From IMG/VR virus record IMGVR_UViG_3300003601_000003: 64,000 bases of DNA. One strand, given 5' to 3'. This document shows, one piece after another, positions 28,276 through 38,411 of this stretch. Both the position numbers and the translations under genes were made by a program. How positions within the stretch are numbered: the stretch's first letter is position 1; each line of letters opens with the position of its first letter. Source of the stretch: an uncultured virus (IMG/VR IMGVR_UViG_3300003601_000003) (taxonomy: Duplodnaviria; Heunggongvirae; Uroviricota; Caudoviricetes). A model generated the notes under the pieces. It did not search any database, had not been told where the DNA came from, and saw nothing but the letters and a program-made list of their open reading frames with translations.

Positions 28276-28800
28276 TTGTATATGAGAGAAACTTCGTGGG
28301 TTGTCCTTGAGCTTTCAACTAAAGGCGAAGATGAAGCCCTCAAAGGGTCGCTCAAAGATCGAATTGTTTCAAATACTGCTTTTAATGTTGATGATGTCTA
28401 CATACCTCTAATGGTTCAGAGGTATCATAAACCTATTTGGTTGATGGAGGGTTATATCTTCATTAAGAGCGGGTATGGAGCTGTAGAGTATTATAGCTTG
28501 AAGCAATCTGGTCTTGTAAGAGACATCATCTCACAGCTTGACACTCGTACAGGTCTTATGAGTATGGGAGTTGTTCCTGACTCAGACCTAAAGAAAATGG
28601 TAAAACAAGTTGATAACTTGGGTGGGTCTTTCAAACAAGGAGATTGGGTGCGATTAAAGTCAGGTCCTTTCAAGAGCTTTGAGGGTGAGGTAGTGATGAC
28701 TTGGAGAGATGGTGATGTACGAATGTACGCTGTCCATCTCTCTTTTAGAAGTGTAGAAATCGTACACACTATAGATTGCCTCTCAATAGAAGGAGCTTAA
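28276..28800 (+). CDS. nusG: NusG-like transcription antitermination factor
   Basis: NGN-like W.V....GYIFI and KOW motif FKQGDWVRLKSGPFKSFEGEV. Confidence 0.8.
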   Translation: MYMRETSWVVLELSTKGEDEALKGSLKDRIVSNTAFNVDDVYIPLMVQRYHKPIWLMEGYIFIKSGYGAVEYYSLKQSGLVRDIISQLDTRTGLMSMGVVPDSDLKKMVKQVDNLGGSFKQGDWVRLKSGPFKSFEGEVVMTWRDGDVRMYAVHLSFRSVEIVHTIDCLSIEGA

Positions 28801-28801
28801 A

Positions 28802-29368
28802 ATGGATCAAAAGCTAATGGAGCAGATTTTTTCTGACGCACATGGACTACAAAACTGTCCGACTCCAAGCTATGTCTCGGATGATCAGGTTGAAAAGATA
28901 CATTCAATCTTAGAACATATGAGCAAAGTATCTCCAGTAGAAGCCGATATGGTTGAGTTGCATCTATTACATGGATTGAGCCAAGCATATCTCGGAAGGA
29001 TTTTTGGTTATACACAGCCAAATGTCCATTACAGGGTTAATCGAGGGTTAGATAGATTGAGAGTCTATGCACAAATTACAATCTATGAGGAAGCTGAACT
29101 CAGAAGATTACTGTCTGGGTTCTTTATAGACAATAAAGACATCGAAGTTTTAGTTCTTTTATACACCTACTCTAGCCAAAGCTATGTGGCTCGTCTGTTA
29201 GGCGACACACAAGGAAAGATCAGATACAGATATTTGAAGTGTTTAAAAGCGATGGAACAATCACCAAAATTAGATGAAGTGTATAATACCTTTAAAATCA
29301 TCAGCGAAAATATCACTCTTCTTAGAGTTTTACCCGAAGATGTTGATCGGAAGAGGGTGATCTTATGA
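28802..29368 (+). CDS. protein with two sigma-70 region-4-like HTH units (putative transcription regulator/sigma-like)
   Basis: HGLSQAYLGRIFGYTQPNVHYRVNRG and SSQSYVARLLGDTQGKIRYRY. Confidence 0.55.
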   Translation: MDQKLMEQIFSDAHGLQNCPTPSYVSDDQVEKIHSILEHMSKVSPVEADMVELHLLHGLSQAYLGRIFGYTQPNVHYRVNRGLDRLRVYAQITIYEEAELRRLLSGFFIDNKDIEVLVLLYTYSSQSYVARLLGDTQGKIRYRYLKCLKAMEQSPKLDEVYNTFKIISENITLLRVLPEDVDRKRVIL

Positions 29369-29616
29369 CCGATAAGATCTTACCTAAAGACATCGTAAAA
29401 AGATGGGTCGCAGAAGTGATGACTCAAAAGTACGACATCACGATACACCCTCAAGAGTATCCTTTTGGAGAAAAGTTCATACGCAATCTACAACGAGAGG
29501 ATTGGGATGTGAGTATAATTGAAGACCATAAAATTGTGATCACTTCTAATGACCCGATCAAGCTGGCACACTTAACAATCAAACTTAGGAATCAAGGATT
29601 CCTGATAGAGGATTGA
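29365..29616 (+). CDS. hypothetical protein
   Basis: ATGA-coupled ORF. Confidence 0.55.
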   Translation: MTDKILPKDIVKRWVAEVMTQKYDITIHPQEYPFGEKFIRNLQREDWDVSIIEDHKIVITSNDPIKLAHLTIKLRNQGFLIED

Positions 29617-29673
29617 TTTGTAGTTTATCTATTACTGTTAATACTTGTAGATTTAAACTCAAAGGAGAACACA

Positions 29674-32600
29674 ATGGCTGTAAGAAGAAATCGCATTGTA
29701 AAACCGTATAGAGGTAAACTCTATGACATGGTGGTCAAGAACTTTGCTTATGTACCTGTTCTTAATGCAAAAGGACAACAAGTAGAAGAGACCGATAAAG
29801 ACGGTGAACCAATAAAAGGCAAGATCGTCAAGATCAGACGCAAAGAGGTGACTGACTCCTTTGAAATATATTACAATATTTGCCTTGTAGACGAATACTT
29901 TAAGATGCTTTACGAAAAGTGTCTTAAAGACAGCATCACCCCATCTCCTGGGGAAATACTTGAGGTTTCAACCCTTAAAAATGATTTCGCTAAGAGTTGG
30001 AGGTACTTACTGCAAAAGTACGCTATCAAAGCACCACGAGGTACAAGAGAGCTTGCAACTAAAGTCGAAGCCCGACTCGCTGTGATTGATGGCAACATCA
30101 ATCAAGGTCTTACTGCTGTACTTTCAGGTACCGACATCAACATGGTCATAGGGCAACTCAAAGGTGCCGCAGGTAGTTCAGACTTCAAAAGAACAATCGC
30201 CTTTTATGCAGATTACATCAAACAAGCCTTTAATATGCTTGGTTTTAATGTGGTTACAGAAGTTAAAAGCAATCCTAAGTTTAACATTAGATATGTGCAG
30301 TTCTCTGTTGGTGATGAGATCAGCGATTTAATAGCGAACTCAAGTAAGATGGTCGCAGGTGAGATCGAAAAGGCCGCTAAGTTAAAGAAAATCAGAGATG
30401 TGAAGCTCAAATCTTCTTTAATTGAAGAAGGTTATCATGTCGAGACTAGACCTACCTATGTTGATGGTGGGGTAGCGTATCTCACAGTTGCCTACGATCA
30501 GCAAGCCACTAAGATCCCTAAGCCTCGAAGTAAACCTAAAGAACCTGTTTTCTCTAAAAAAGATAAAGAGGTCATTCTTGCTTTAGAGAGCTTAGTTGAA
30601 GAGGAGAGAGTCTACGACATAAGCACTGACCCCAACGATTTTTTCGTTGCCCCTAAGTGTTCAATCGAAAAGGATGAGAGTGGTAAACCTACTCTTTCTT
30701 ATGAGCCTGGTGAAGAAGAGAAGAATAAAAGCATTATTCGGCAGATAAAAGAAGCTCAGATTCGTTCTAAAGAGTTCTCTGTACCTCGATTTAAAGATGG
30801 TTTTGGCAGACTCCCTACTGGTGAGCCAGAAGCGGGGTACGACTCAAGAGGTAGACCAAGATTTAAGTATGTTGTACCTAAATCTCGCCTCAAGTTTTAC
30901 AACCGAGCAGTTAGACTGTTTGATAAACTCTTACAGTTCAGAGCAATCTGCGACAATAAAGCCGCTCATAGTAAGGAAGTGTTCAACTACCGACAAGCTA
31001 TGAAACCTCTTATTAAAGGTGTATATAGCACTGATTTCACTGATAATCTTGGCAACACTTACAAACGCTTTAATAACATGGAAGATTTAGCTAAAAAGGT
31101 TATTAATAAGCGTAAAAAAGAACAGAAGAAGAGGCTAATTCAGCCTGATATTTCTACCGAGATAATCACAGTCGAAAACTACCCCGATTGGGATGGGAAA
31201 AAGATTGTCTATTCAGATCGTAAAGTTAAGATTGCTTGCTTCAAGTACCCATCGGGGAACACATTCAACCCAGTCCACCACAAAGATCTTTTGCAAGAAG
31301 CCTTGAACAGAATAAATCTAGGCAGAAATCCCGACCTCGACCCAACTCTCAAAGATAAGGTCTTGACTCCTTCATTTAGAGAGATAAAGGGGTCAGAAGG
31401 TCTGTCCAAGACTTTCCAACTTACCACTTTGAAAGATTCTAAGGGTAAAGATAAAGAAATCATCATAGCAGGTCGGTATGCAGGATATGAAATCGACACT
31501 ATATTGAACATGGAAGGTCGCTTTATCGAAGGTGGCTATGTCAAAAAAGAGAATGGTCGTACTAAGAAAGTTGAAACAGATCGTATCGCTTTTGATAGTA
31601 AAGGAAATGTGTCCACTCTTGATAAGGTCAAAAAGGGAGACAAATGGGAGTATAAGCAAAGACTCATTGAACCTTACATCACAGTCAACCCAAAGACTGG
31701 TGTTCTTACTCTAGGTATACCAGGTGAAAACGAGAGTAAGGCTGACCGAAACATTATGAAGGATCTTGCTGAGAAAGTGACTAGTATTAGTACACTTAAT
31801 GACCCAAAACTCCCCGATGGGCATAAAGGTCGTAATCCATTCTTTACTTTTTCTCCCGAAGACTTTGAACTCATTCGTGAGTCTTTAGGTTCTGTAGCTT
31901 TAAGTGCTTCTGCTTCTAAGTTCATGGACGAGTATTATGCAAAACTTAGAGCTAAACAGAACGCTCTTACTGTTGAGAACACTGAGCGTTTCACTCCCGA
32001 AGCTCTTGGTGGATTCGTTGCAGAGACTCCTCGTGGTCAGTTCAAGTTAAACAACAAACAAAAAGAAGCGGCCGCTTGGCTTGAATCATCTGGTATGCAG
32101 GGTGTAGTAGCTCTTGATACTGGTGTTGGAAAGACTCTTACCTCTCTTGTTGCAATCAAAAAAGCAATCAATGAGGAGATGGAGCAAGGTGGAGATGAAC
32201 GAAGATTTCTTTATGTTTCACCTAAGAGCCTTGTCGGAAACTTGAAGAAAGAGGTTCTTAGGTTCATGGTAGAAGGTGGAGATGACTTTGTTCGTGCAGA
32301 CGGAGAGGTTGAAAAGACCCCTAATTGGCAAAAACTCGTGCTTGGTCGCATTGATGAAGTGTCTTATGAGGACTTTGTTGTAGACTTTAGGGCCTCTGAG
32401 GGCATTGATGATATCCTCTTAGACATGGATAATGGCAAACAGATCATTGCGGATACAAGTCGTCTTGCTCGTGAGAATAAACATCATGGCAAAGAAGCAA
32501 CCATCACCTATGAAGTTAAGTATAAGAATGGTCGAGAGGTTTCAAGAAAAGAAGTTGATTTTCAAATCGGAAACTTGATTGACCCGACTATTGTTCGCAC

Positions 32601-35600
32601 AGCTTCTAGTAGAAACGAGGTAAGGACTGTCCAAGAACTCGTTTCTTATCCTGCTCTTTCACCCTCTGAAAAGGATGCAAAGAAGAAAGAACTTGCTAAG
32701 TCTCGTAGGGTGTATAACAAACTCAAGAAGGAAGCTAAGGTTAAATCCTCTCCTGCTTTGAATAAAAAGTACCAAGAGAGATACTATGCTTGCTTCTTTG
32801 ATGAGATCAATGAGATCTTTGAAAAAGGACAAGGAGGAAAAGATAAAAACTACGCAGTGTCTTCTCTTGGACATCCTCGTAAAGTTTTCTTAACTGCTTC
32901 AGCACTTGATCGTGATCCTGTTGACCTTTATAGGCTCGCTACTCTAGCTAAAGGTAAAGTACCTACTAAAAAGAGTGAGAAAGCCTTTGCAGAGAAATAC
33001 GGTAAGGTTCTTGCAGGTCGTATGGTTGCCCTTAACCCAGACCCCAAACTAAGAGAACAGTTCTATAATTGGGTCAAAGAGAACTCTTATTTTGCACCTA
33101 AGACAGACATTGCTTATGACAAGATGGGTGTTAACTATCAAGAGGTTTCTCTACCACAACTTCAGAAACTTAAGTCTCGTACTCTTACTACTCGTATGCC
33201 ACAAGCCATACAGGAAAAGTACAAAAAGCAGGCTAAATCCATTTCGGGTGAGCTGAAAGCAATGGTGTCTAAGTATCGTGATCTTAGGCATAAACTTAAT
33301 GAGTTAAAGGAAAACTCAGGCGACTTATATGATCGGACAAAGAGTAAGCCATACCAAGATCTCACTAAAGCTACAGCTAAAGTGAAAACAGCTTTAGACC
33401 GTCTTATTAAGACATCCTCTGAGGGGATGTTTAAGGCAGATGTAGGGTCTAAAATCTTTAGAGACAATAATGAAGAGAAATGCCTCTATTTCAGTTCGAG
33501 TAAAAAACTTGCTGAGTCTCTCATTAAAAAGAACAGTAAGATCCGTAGAGATAAGGTCCATGCTCTTCTTTGGGCTAAAGAAATCATCTTCTATCAAAAC
33601 GGTAAAGTTGTTGCTGGGGTGGAAGAAGAAGACAACATGGGCTTTGAAGCTTTCGATGCGAAGTATATCGACTCAGGTATCTACAGCAAGGTGGCATCTG
33701 AAGAGGAAGACACTGAAACCGAGTCTACTTGGGCTATGGACATCTCAGAGAAGTATGTCGCAGAGAACGATAGCCTCGCAACTGCTGTATGTTCTGATAA
33801 CTACGCTCGTGGTTTTAACTTCCAAACCTTCACTAAAGTCATCCACCTTGATCGTGGTAAAGGGTTTGATTCTGAACTATTAAAGCAAAGAACTGCTCGT
33901 GCTTATCGTGGTGGTCAATCTGAACAAGTAGAAGAAATCTACATTGACGCTACCTTTGCACCAGACTCGGAGTCTGAAGGTACTGTCAGCGACAATGCTC
34001 GTAGACTCAAAGTGGACCTTAAAAACGCTCTCTCTCTTGAGCGTAGGGAGCTTGAAGAGGGTAAGGCTTATGTTGTCTATATTTGGTTCAAAGACCCTTC
34101 AGACGAGTTAGGTGACGAGTGGTTAAAGACAGACGAGTTTGTATTCAATGCCACAGATGAAACTCTTGAAGTCAAGCTCAACCAACTCTTCAACAGCATG
34201 GGTTATGTTAAGCCTCTTACTGTTGGGGATGAGGGTTATGTTGAAGAAGGGGCTAACGAACCTGTTAAGCGTTTAGTTCTCCTTGAGGGTACAGACATTA
34301 AAGAGAGAGCTACTGTTAAAGATGACTTTGATATGCTATCCATTGATCAGATTAAATCTCTGGTCAATGAAGCAGATCAAGATTTCTTCCAAGACATTAT
34401 TGTTAATGGTTTGAAATCTGACCTCACTAAGCGACTTGATGCTCGTGTTTCTGATACAGGTATTGCTATTAAAACCCCTGCTATGCTTAGATCTGTTCTT
34501 AACCCGACAGAAGAAAATCTATCAAGAGCTGAAAAAGAACTTGAAGAGTATGATGCAAACCCACTCAGCCATATCACTTTCGACCCAAGTCGTTATGATG
34601 ACGCTGATATATGGTTGGCTAGCAGATTTAACAGAGATGGTACTAGTCTTACTGAGATGCAGAAGCAACGCATAGACCTAATGGGGGGTCCTGCTGTTGC
34701 AGACTATATTCTGGGAGACACTCAAGCATCAGCTACGACAGGTACATTAAGACTAACGGAGAACAGATACATCGAGAGTGGTAACATCGATATTTCTTCT
34801 ACTGTTATTAATAATAACTATGTTATGGCTAAACCTTGTGCTCCTAGAGGTTTTTCTCCGAGGTTCTTATTCGCTGAGATTGCCACTGCGAAACGCATGG
34901 GGATAAAAGAAATTAAATGTATGGCCGCAGGCAGTCCTGGAAGTGGAAGATATAGTGGTTATGCTGTATGGCCTAAGTATGGGTTTACATTTTCCATCGA
35001 TCTTACGGGTCTACTAGGAAATGTACCATTTAGCTCACCTGACCAAGTGTATGTACAAGCTGTAAAACAGATAATGGGTGAATATCCAGGTACTGTTGAT
35101 CTTCAAAAGCTGTTGGTGATCTGTGCTGACATCGTGACTAACAAAGTCAAAGCAAATGATAAAAGAGCTTATGTAGAAGCGATGCGAGTATGGAAAGAAG
35201 CTAAGGCAAATGCTCTCGGTAACCGACCTGTACTCCCTACCAACGAAAAGTGGCAAGTAGGTGATCGTTTCGTGCTTGATAGCGAGTTTGTAAGAAATAG
35301 CTATCCACAGTTGTATAACGAACAGGGGGAGGTTACCGATGTAACTTCCAGTCAAATTAAGGTTCGACTTGATAGAGGGACAACTCAGTCAATAAATAAA
35401 GACACCGATTGGATCACACAACTTAATCCTCGTCCTGCTGTTGATTTAAGTGCTTCACAGGAAGAGATTGAGGCTTATGACAGAAGATCTGCTGAGTACG
35501 AGGCAAACATATCTAAACCACCACCACCTAAATCAAAGCGATCCGTTGAGTACACTGTTGCGGTAGGTGAGAAACTGTGGGGTTTGTACGGTGGTGGTGG

Positions 35601-36249
35601 GTCGATGACCTTGCATCTTAAAGACGGATCTATTTCCATGAAGATTGCTAACGCTTATCTTAAGAAAAAAGCACTTGAAGCGAACCTCGATGTAAACGAT
35701 TTCCTTAACACCCCATTGGATCTCTTTAATATAGAAGACCCTTGGTGTTGGGAGCAGGAGATTGACAAAGTTAAAGTTAAAGGTCAGCCTCTTGATTGGA
35801 AAAAGGTCATCGCTCAGTACCCAGAAGCGTTTAAGACTGCATGGTATGCAAATAAGGGGCTTCGTGATAGAGTTACTCGTCTTGTAGGTTCTGTTGATGC
35901 TTTGGGTGCTTTCATGAAGAAGTATGACTTGATTGACCCTCAAACTGATTACAGAACTCCCCGTCCAGGTCAAAGATCACTACAAAGTAGGTCTGTTGGT
36001 CAAGAGCGTTCTGATAACAGTCAGTACAGTGCTGAAAATGTGCATCAGAGAGTTAAACTTGGTTCAGAGTTGACCTCTGAACAGGTGTCAGATCGCAAAC
36101 TTTGGGAAGACTCTCAAGATCCTTGTTTACTTGCTGTTTGGGAACAGTTAAGACTTGAAAACTACGCAGGGCAAATTGTTGCCGAGTTGATCGAAGGCGA
36201 AGAAGATCCCGATCTCATTGAAGCTCAAAGAGCAAGAAAGGATAAATAA
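29674..36249 (+). CDS. giant (2191 aa) protein with SNF2/SF2 helicase-like core and a possible GNAT-like C-terminal domain
   Basis: Q-motif KQKEA, Walker A ALDTGVGKT, SPKSL (Ia), FFDEINE (II), LTAS (III), RGFNFQ (V), QRTARAYRGGQ (VI); AKRMGIKEI...GYAVWPKYGF near the C-terminus. Confidence 0.75.
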   Translation: MAVRRNRIVKPYRGKLYDMVVKNFAYVPVLNAKGQQVEETDKDGEPIKGKIVKIRRKEVTDSFEIYYNICLVDEYFKMLYEKCLKDSITPSPGEILEVSTLKNDFAKSWRYLLQKYAIKAPRGTRELATKVEARLAVIDGNINQGLTAVLSGTDINMVIGQLKGAAGSSDFKRTIAFYADYIKQAFNMLGFNVVTEVKSNPKFNIRYVQFSVGDEISDLIANSSKMVAGEIEKAAKLKKIRDVKLKSSLIEEGYHVETRPTYVDGGVAYLTVAYDQQATKIPKPRSKPKEPVFSKKDKEVILALESLVEEERVYDISTDPNDFFVAPKCSIEKDESGKPTLSYEPGEEEKNKSIIRQIKEAQIRSKEFSVPRFKDGFGRLPTGEPEAGYDSRGRPRFKYVVPKSRLKFYNRAVRLFDKLLQFRAICDNKAAHSKEVFNYRQAMKPLIKGVYSTDFTDNLGNTYKRFNNMEDLAKKVINKRKKEQKKRLIQPDISTEIITVENYPDWDGKKIVYSDRKVKIACFKYPSGNTFNPVHHKDLLQEALNRINLGRNPDLDPTLKDKVLTPSFREIKGSEGLSKTFQLTTLKDSKGKDKEIIIAGRYAGYEIDTILNMEGRFIEGGYVKKENGRTKKVETDRIAFDSKGNVSTLDKVKKGDKWEYKQRLIEPYITVNPKTGVLTLGIPGENESKADRNIMKDLAEKVTSISTLNDPKLPDGHKGRNPFFTFSPEDFELIRESLGSVALSASASKFMDEYYAKLRAKQNALTVENTERFTPEALGGFVAETPRGQFKLNNKQKEAAAWLESSGMQGVVALDTGVGKTLTSLVAIKKAINEEMEQGGDERRFLYVSPKSLVGNLKKEVLRFMVEGGDDFVRADGEVEKTPNWQKLVLGRIDEVSYEDFVVDFRASEGIDDILLDMDNGKQIIADTSRLARENKHHGKEATITYEVKYKNGREVSRKEVDFQIGNLIDPTIVRTASSRNEVRTVQELVSYPALSPSEKDAKKKELAKSRRVYNKLKKEAKVKSSPALNKKYQERYYACFFDEINEIFEKGQGGKDKNYAVSSLGHPRKVFLTASALDRDPVDLYRLATLAKGKVPTKKSEKAFAEKYGKVLAGRMVALNPDPKLREQFYNWVKENSYFAPKTDIAYDKMGVNYQEVSLPQLQKLKSRTLTTRMPQAIQEKYKKQAKSISGELKAMVSKYRDLRHKLNELKENSGDLYDRTKSKPYQDLTKATAKVKTALDRLIKTSSEGMFKADVGSKIFRDNNEEKCLYFSSSKKLAESLIKKNSKIRRDKVHALLWAKEIIFYQNGKVVAGVEEEDNMGFEAFDAKYIDSGIYSKVASEEEDTETESTWAMDISEKYVAENDSLATAVCSDNYARGFNFQTFTKVIHLDRGKGFDSELLKQRTARAYRGGQSEQVEEIYIDATFAPDSESEGTVSDNARRLKVDLKNALSLERRELEEGKAYVVYIWFKDPSDELGDEWLKTDEFVFNATDETLEVKLNQLFNSMGYVKPLTVGDEGYVEEGANEPVKRLVLLEGTDIKERATVKDDFDMLSIDQIKSLVNEADQDFFQDIIVNGLKSDLTKRLDARVSDTGIAIKTPAMLRSVLNPTEENLSRAEKELEEYDANPLSHITFDPSRYDDADIWLASRFNRDGTSLTEMQKQRIDLMGGPAVADYILGDTQASATTGTLRLTENRYIESGNIDISSTVINNNYVMAKPCAPRGFSPRFLFAEIATAKRMGIKEIKCMAAGSPGSGRYSGYAVWPKYGFTFSIDLTGLLGNVPFSSPDQVYVQAVKQIMGEYPGTVDLQKLLVICADIVTNKVKANDKRAYVEAMRVWKEAKANALGNRPVLPTNEKWQVGDRFVLDSEFVRNSYPQLYNEQGEVTDVTSSQIKVRLDRGTTQSINKDTDWITQLNPRPAVDLSASQEEIEAYDRRSAEYEANISKPPPPKSKRSVEYTVAVGEKLWGLYGGGGSMTLHLKDGSISMKIANAYLKKKALEANLDVNDFLNTPLDLFNIEDPWCWEQEIDKVKVKGQPLDWKKVIAQYPEAFKTAWYANKGLRDRVTRLVGSVDALGAFMKKYDLIDPQTDYRTPRPGQRSLQSRSVGQERSDNSQYSAENVHQRVKLGSELTSEQVSDRKLWEDSQDPCLLAVWEQLRLENYAGQIVAELIEGEEDPDLIEAQRARKDK

Positions 36250-36514
36250 TATGGAAGATCTAGCTACAATCGAAGAATGGATTGATTACATCAACCAAAT
36301 CCCCATGATGGAAATGATTAGCCATGCTAAGGTCATCGGATCTGTCTCTTTCGAGGAAAATAGAGGGGATGAAGGGTACGATGACGAGGACATTATGGTC
36401 ATCTATCAAGCACTCGCTAAAAGGTTCTTAGAACTCGAAATGCGTGTCCCAGATATGATGGACAATGCGTGTGTTAGCTTCAGATCCATTGCAACAGGCA
36501 TCTTCACTCTGTAA
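36218..36514 (+). CDS. hypothetical protein
   Basis: ORF right after the helicase; real start probably MEDLAT. Confidence 0.55.
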   Translation: MKLKEQERINNMEDLATIEEWIDYINQIPMMEMISHAKVIGSVSFEENRGDEGYDDEDIMVIYQALAKRFLELEMRVPDMMDNACVSFRSIATGIFTL

Positions 36515-36581
36515 TGATTGATAATCTCCTTGAGGTGGTATAAATAATCATTACGATGCAACCACATCAAGGAGATTACCT

Positions 36582-36779
36582 ATGAACGAGTCCGTCTATC
36601 AAGCTCTGAAAATGGCTGAAGAGTATCACTCTCGCAAATATGCCTCAAACCAAGAGCAAGCATACCCTACGATTACCGACATCTTGGCAACAGCAAGAGA
36701 TATCTTTGAGTTCATCACTACTCTAAGTGAGGAGGATCTCAATGAAGAGTTTCCATTGGAGGTCGATGATATAGTGTAG
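36582..36779 (+). CDS. small hypothetical protein
   Basis: AAGGAGA RBS located in an 18-bp inverted repeat. Confidence 0.6.
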   Translation: MNESVYQALKMAEEYHSRKYASNQEQAYPTITDILATARDIFEFITTLSEEDLNEEFPLEVDDIV

Positions 36780-36813
36780 TCTTTTTATTACTACCCCTTA
36801 CTAATAGAGGGTA

Positions 36814-37155
36814 TTGATAATGAACAAGTCGTACACACAGAAGCAAGGTGAGATTAGGGTTTGCTTAGAAGCAAACTTCAAAGGTTTATCCTACCCTAAG
36901 TACATCTTTACTGTCCTGTCTGAGTGTGGCTTCTCATACGATAGAAATCATGACGGTATTGTGTTTGTTCACAATCAAGATACAAATCTAACTATCTTGA
37001 TTACTTTAGACCGAAGACAAAAGTGGCATCACCTCATAGCGTATAAACACTCTAAATGGACGCTAACCTATGAGGGTGATGTAAAATATCATGTCTTTGG
37101 GAATGATGTATTAAAGACAATACGCAGAGCTTATCTGCACTGGTATGGTCTTTAG
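36814..37155 (+). CDS. hypothetical protein
   Basis: Class-1-like motif upstream. Confidence 0.55.
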   Translation: MIMNKSYTQKQGEIRVCLEANFKGLSYPKYIFTVLSECGFSYDRNHDGIVFVHNQDTNLTILITLDRRQKWHHLIAYKHSKWTLTYEGDVKYHVFGNDVLKTIRRAYLHWYGL

Positions 37156-37183
37156 AACTTATGCTAAATCTAATGACTTCTGA

Positions 37184-37573
37184 TTACTTGTTGAAGTCAG
37201 TGCGAACACTACGAGGAATTAAAAGTACTTTGCGAAGAAGCAACTCAAGCTGACGAACTTCACCCCTACCTTCTCCTTCTACACAAAACAGCTCAAGCTC
37301 TGTTAGCCCATTAGAAGCAGTGAAACCAATGAAGTGCTTATAGTCATACTTTATCTCCCAATCGCCCTCTTCTGCAATTAAGATTTTATTAGACCAACTT
37401 TCGATGTAACTAGTGATGTCCTTAAAGTCTCCTCGCTTACGAACATAATAATCACCCTCTGAACCTTCGTGGATGTGACCCTCAAGCTCAAAAACAAGAG
37501 AGGAAGATTGTTTCTCAAGACGAGCGATTCTTAGCTCAAGTTCATTAATTATTTCTGATGCTGATCTTTTCAT
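37184..37573 (-). CDS. MKRSASE-leader cassette protein, unknown payload
   Basis: Leader MKRSASEIINELELRIARLE; tandem behind the 37576-38259 gene without its own promoter block. Confidence 0.8.
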   Translation of the reverse strand: MKRSASEIINELELRIARLEKQSSSLVFELEGHIHEGSEGDYYVRKRGDFKDITSYIESWSNKILIAEEGDWEIKYDYKHFIGFTASNGLTELELFCVEGEGRGEVRQLELLLRKVLLIPRSVRTDFNK

Positions 37574-37575
37574 GG

Positions 37576-38259
37576 TTACTTTAACCGTTCTGCTTCTAGG
37601 TTGTGATATTGAATAGCCTCTTCAAGAGCGTAAGCGACCCTAGACATTGAACCACTACTCGTTCTGAGCTTAGATTGTGAACCTCTACCCTCTAAGATTG
37701 GCTCTAAAATGTCAGATAACTTATTATAACCCACCGCTAAAACATAAGTAATGATAGAGAAAATAACAGTAACACTCGCATATAAAAGCACACCACTCAG
37801 CAGGGGAGTCACTACAAAATAAATTTGTTGCAGTATCGCCACCAAAACTAATATCGCAGGAACTCCCTGAGTAAACTTTCTCAAAGCAACTTCAGAAGGG
37901 GACTGATCTCTAGCTAGTTTAAGTTCGGCAGTCGAAACTAGCATATCTAAAGCCAACCCAATACGACCTTTCAAAGTCCTCTCCGTTTTCATGATATGAT
38001 CTTCTAAGATTTGATACTCAGGATCATAATCGTAAATATACACTAGTTGCTTTGCAAGAGTGCTCGCCCCCTTCATGCTTCTAGTATTAGATACCTTTTT
38101 GAGTAAAGCAATAATCTCTCTCATGTAAGGTATCTTATCAAATAACTTTACGAGATTTCTCTTAACTGAATCTAGGGAGTCACCCAAAAAAGCTTCTCTT
38201 TCAAGATGGGCGATTCTTATCTCAAGTTCATTAATGATTTCTGATGCTCTTCTTCTCAT
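37576..38259 (-). CDS. MRRRASE-leader cassette protein with two predicted TM helices
   Basis: Conserved upstream block at 38260-38320; hydrophobic stretches VPAILVLVAILQQIYFVV and VLLYASVTVIFSIITYVLAV. Confidence 0.8.
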   Translation of the reverse strand: MRRRASEIINELEIRIAHLEREAFLGDSLDSVKRNLVKLFDKIPYMREIIALLKKVSNTRSMKGASTLAKQLVYIYDYDPEYQILEDHIMKTERTLKGRIGLALDMLVSTAELKLARDQSPSEVALRKFTQGVPAILVLVAILQQIYFVVTPLLSGVLLYASVTVIFSIITYVLAVGYNKLSDILEPILEGRGSQSKLRTSSGSMSRVAYALEEAIQYHNLEAERLK

Positions 38260-38411
38260 TCTTTGTCTCCATTTTGGTTAAGGTTAAACAGGTCACTTAT
38301 GACCAATTATAAATAAACTATCTATAAAGATCTCATTTGAGTTCCTTTCAAAGTTAGAGAGAACACGACATTTGCTAGGTATAAATAAACACATCAAAGG
38401 AGGTAGCTCAC

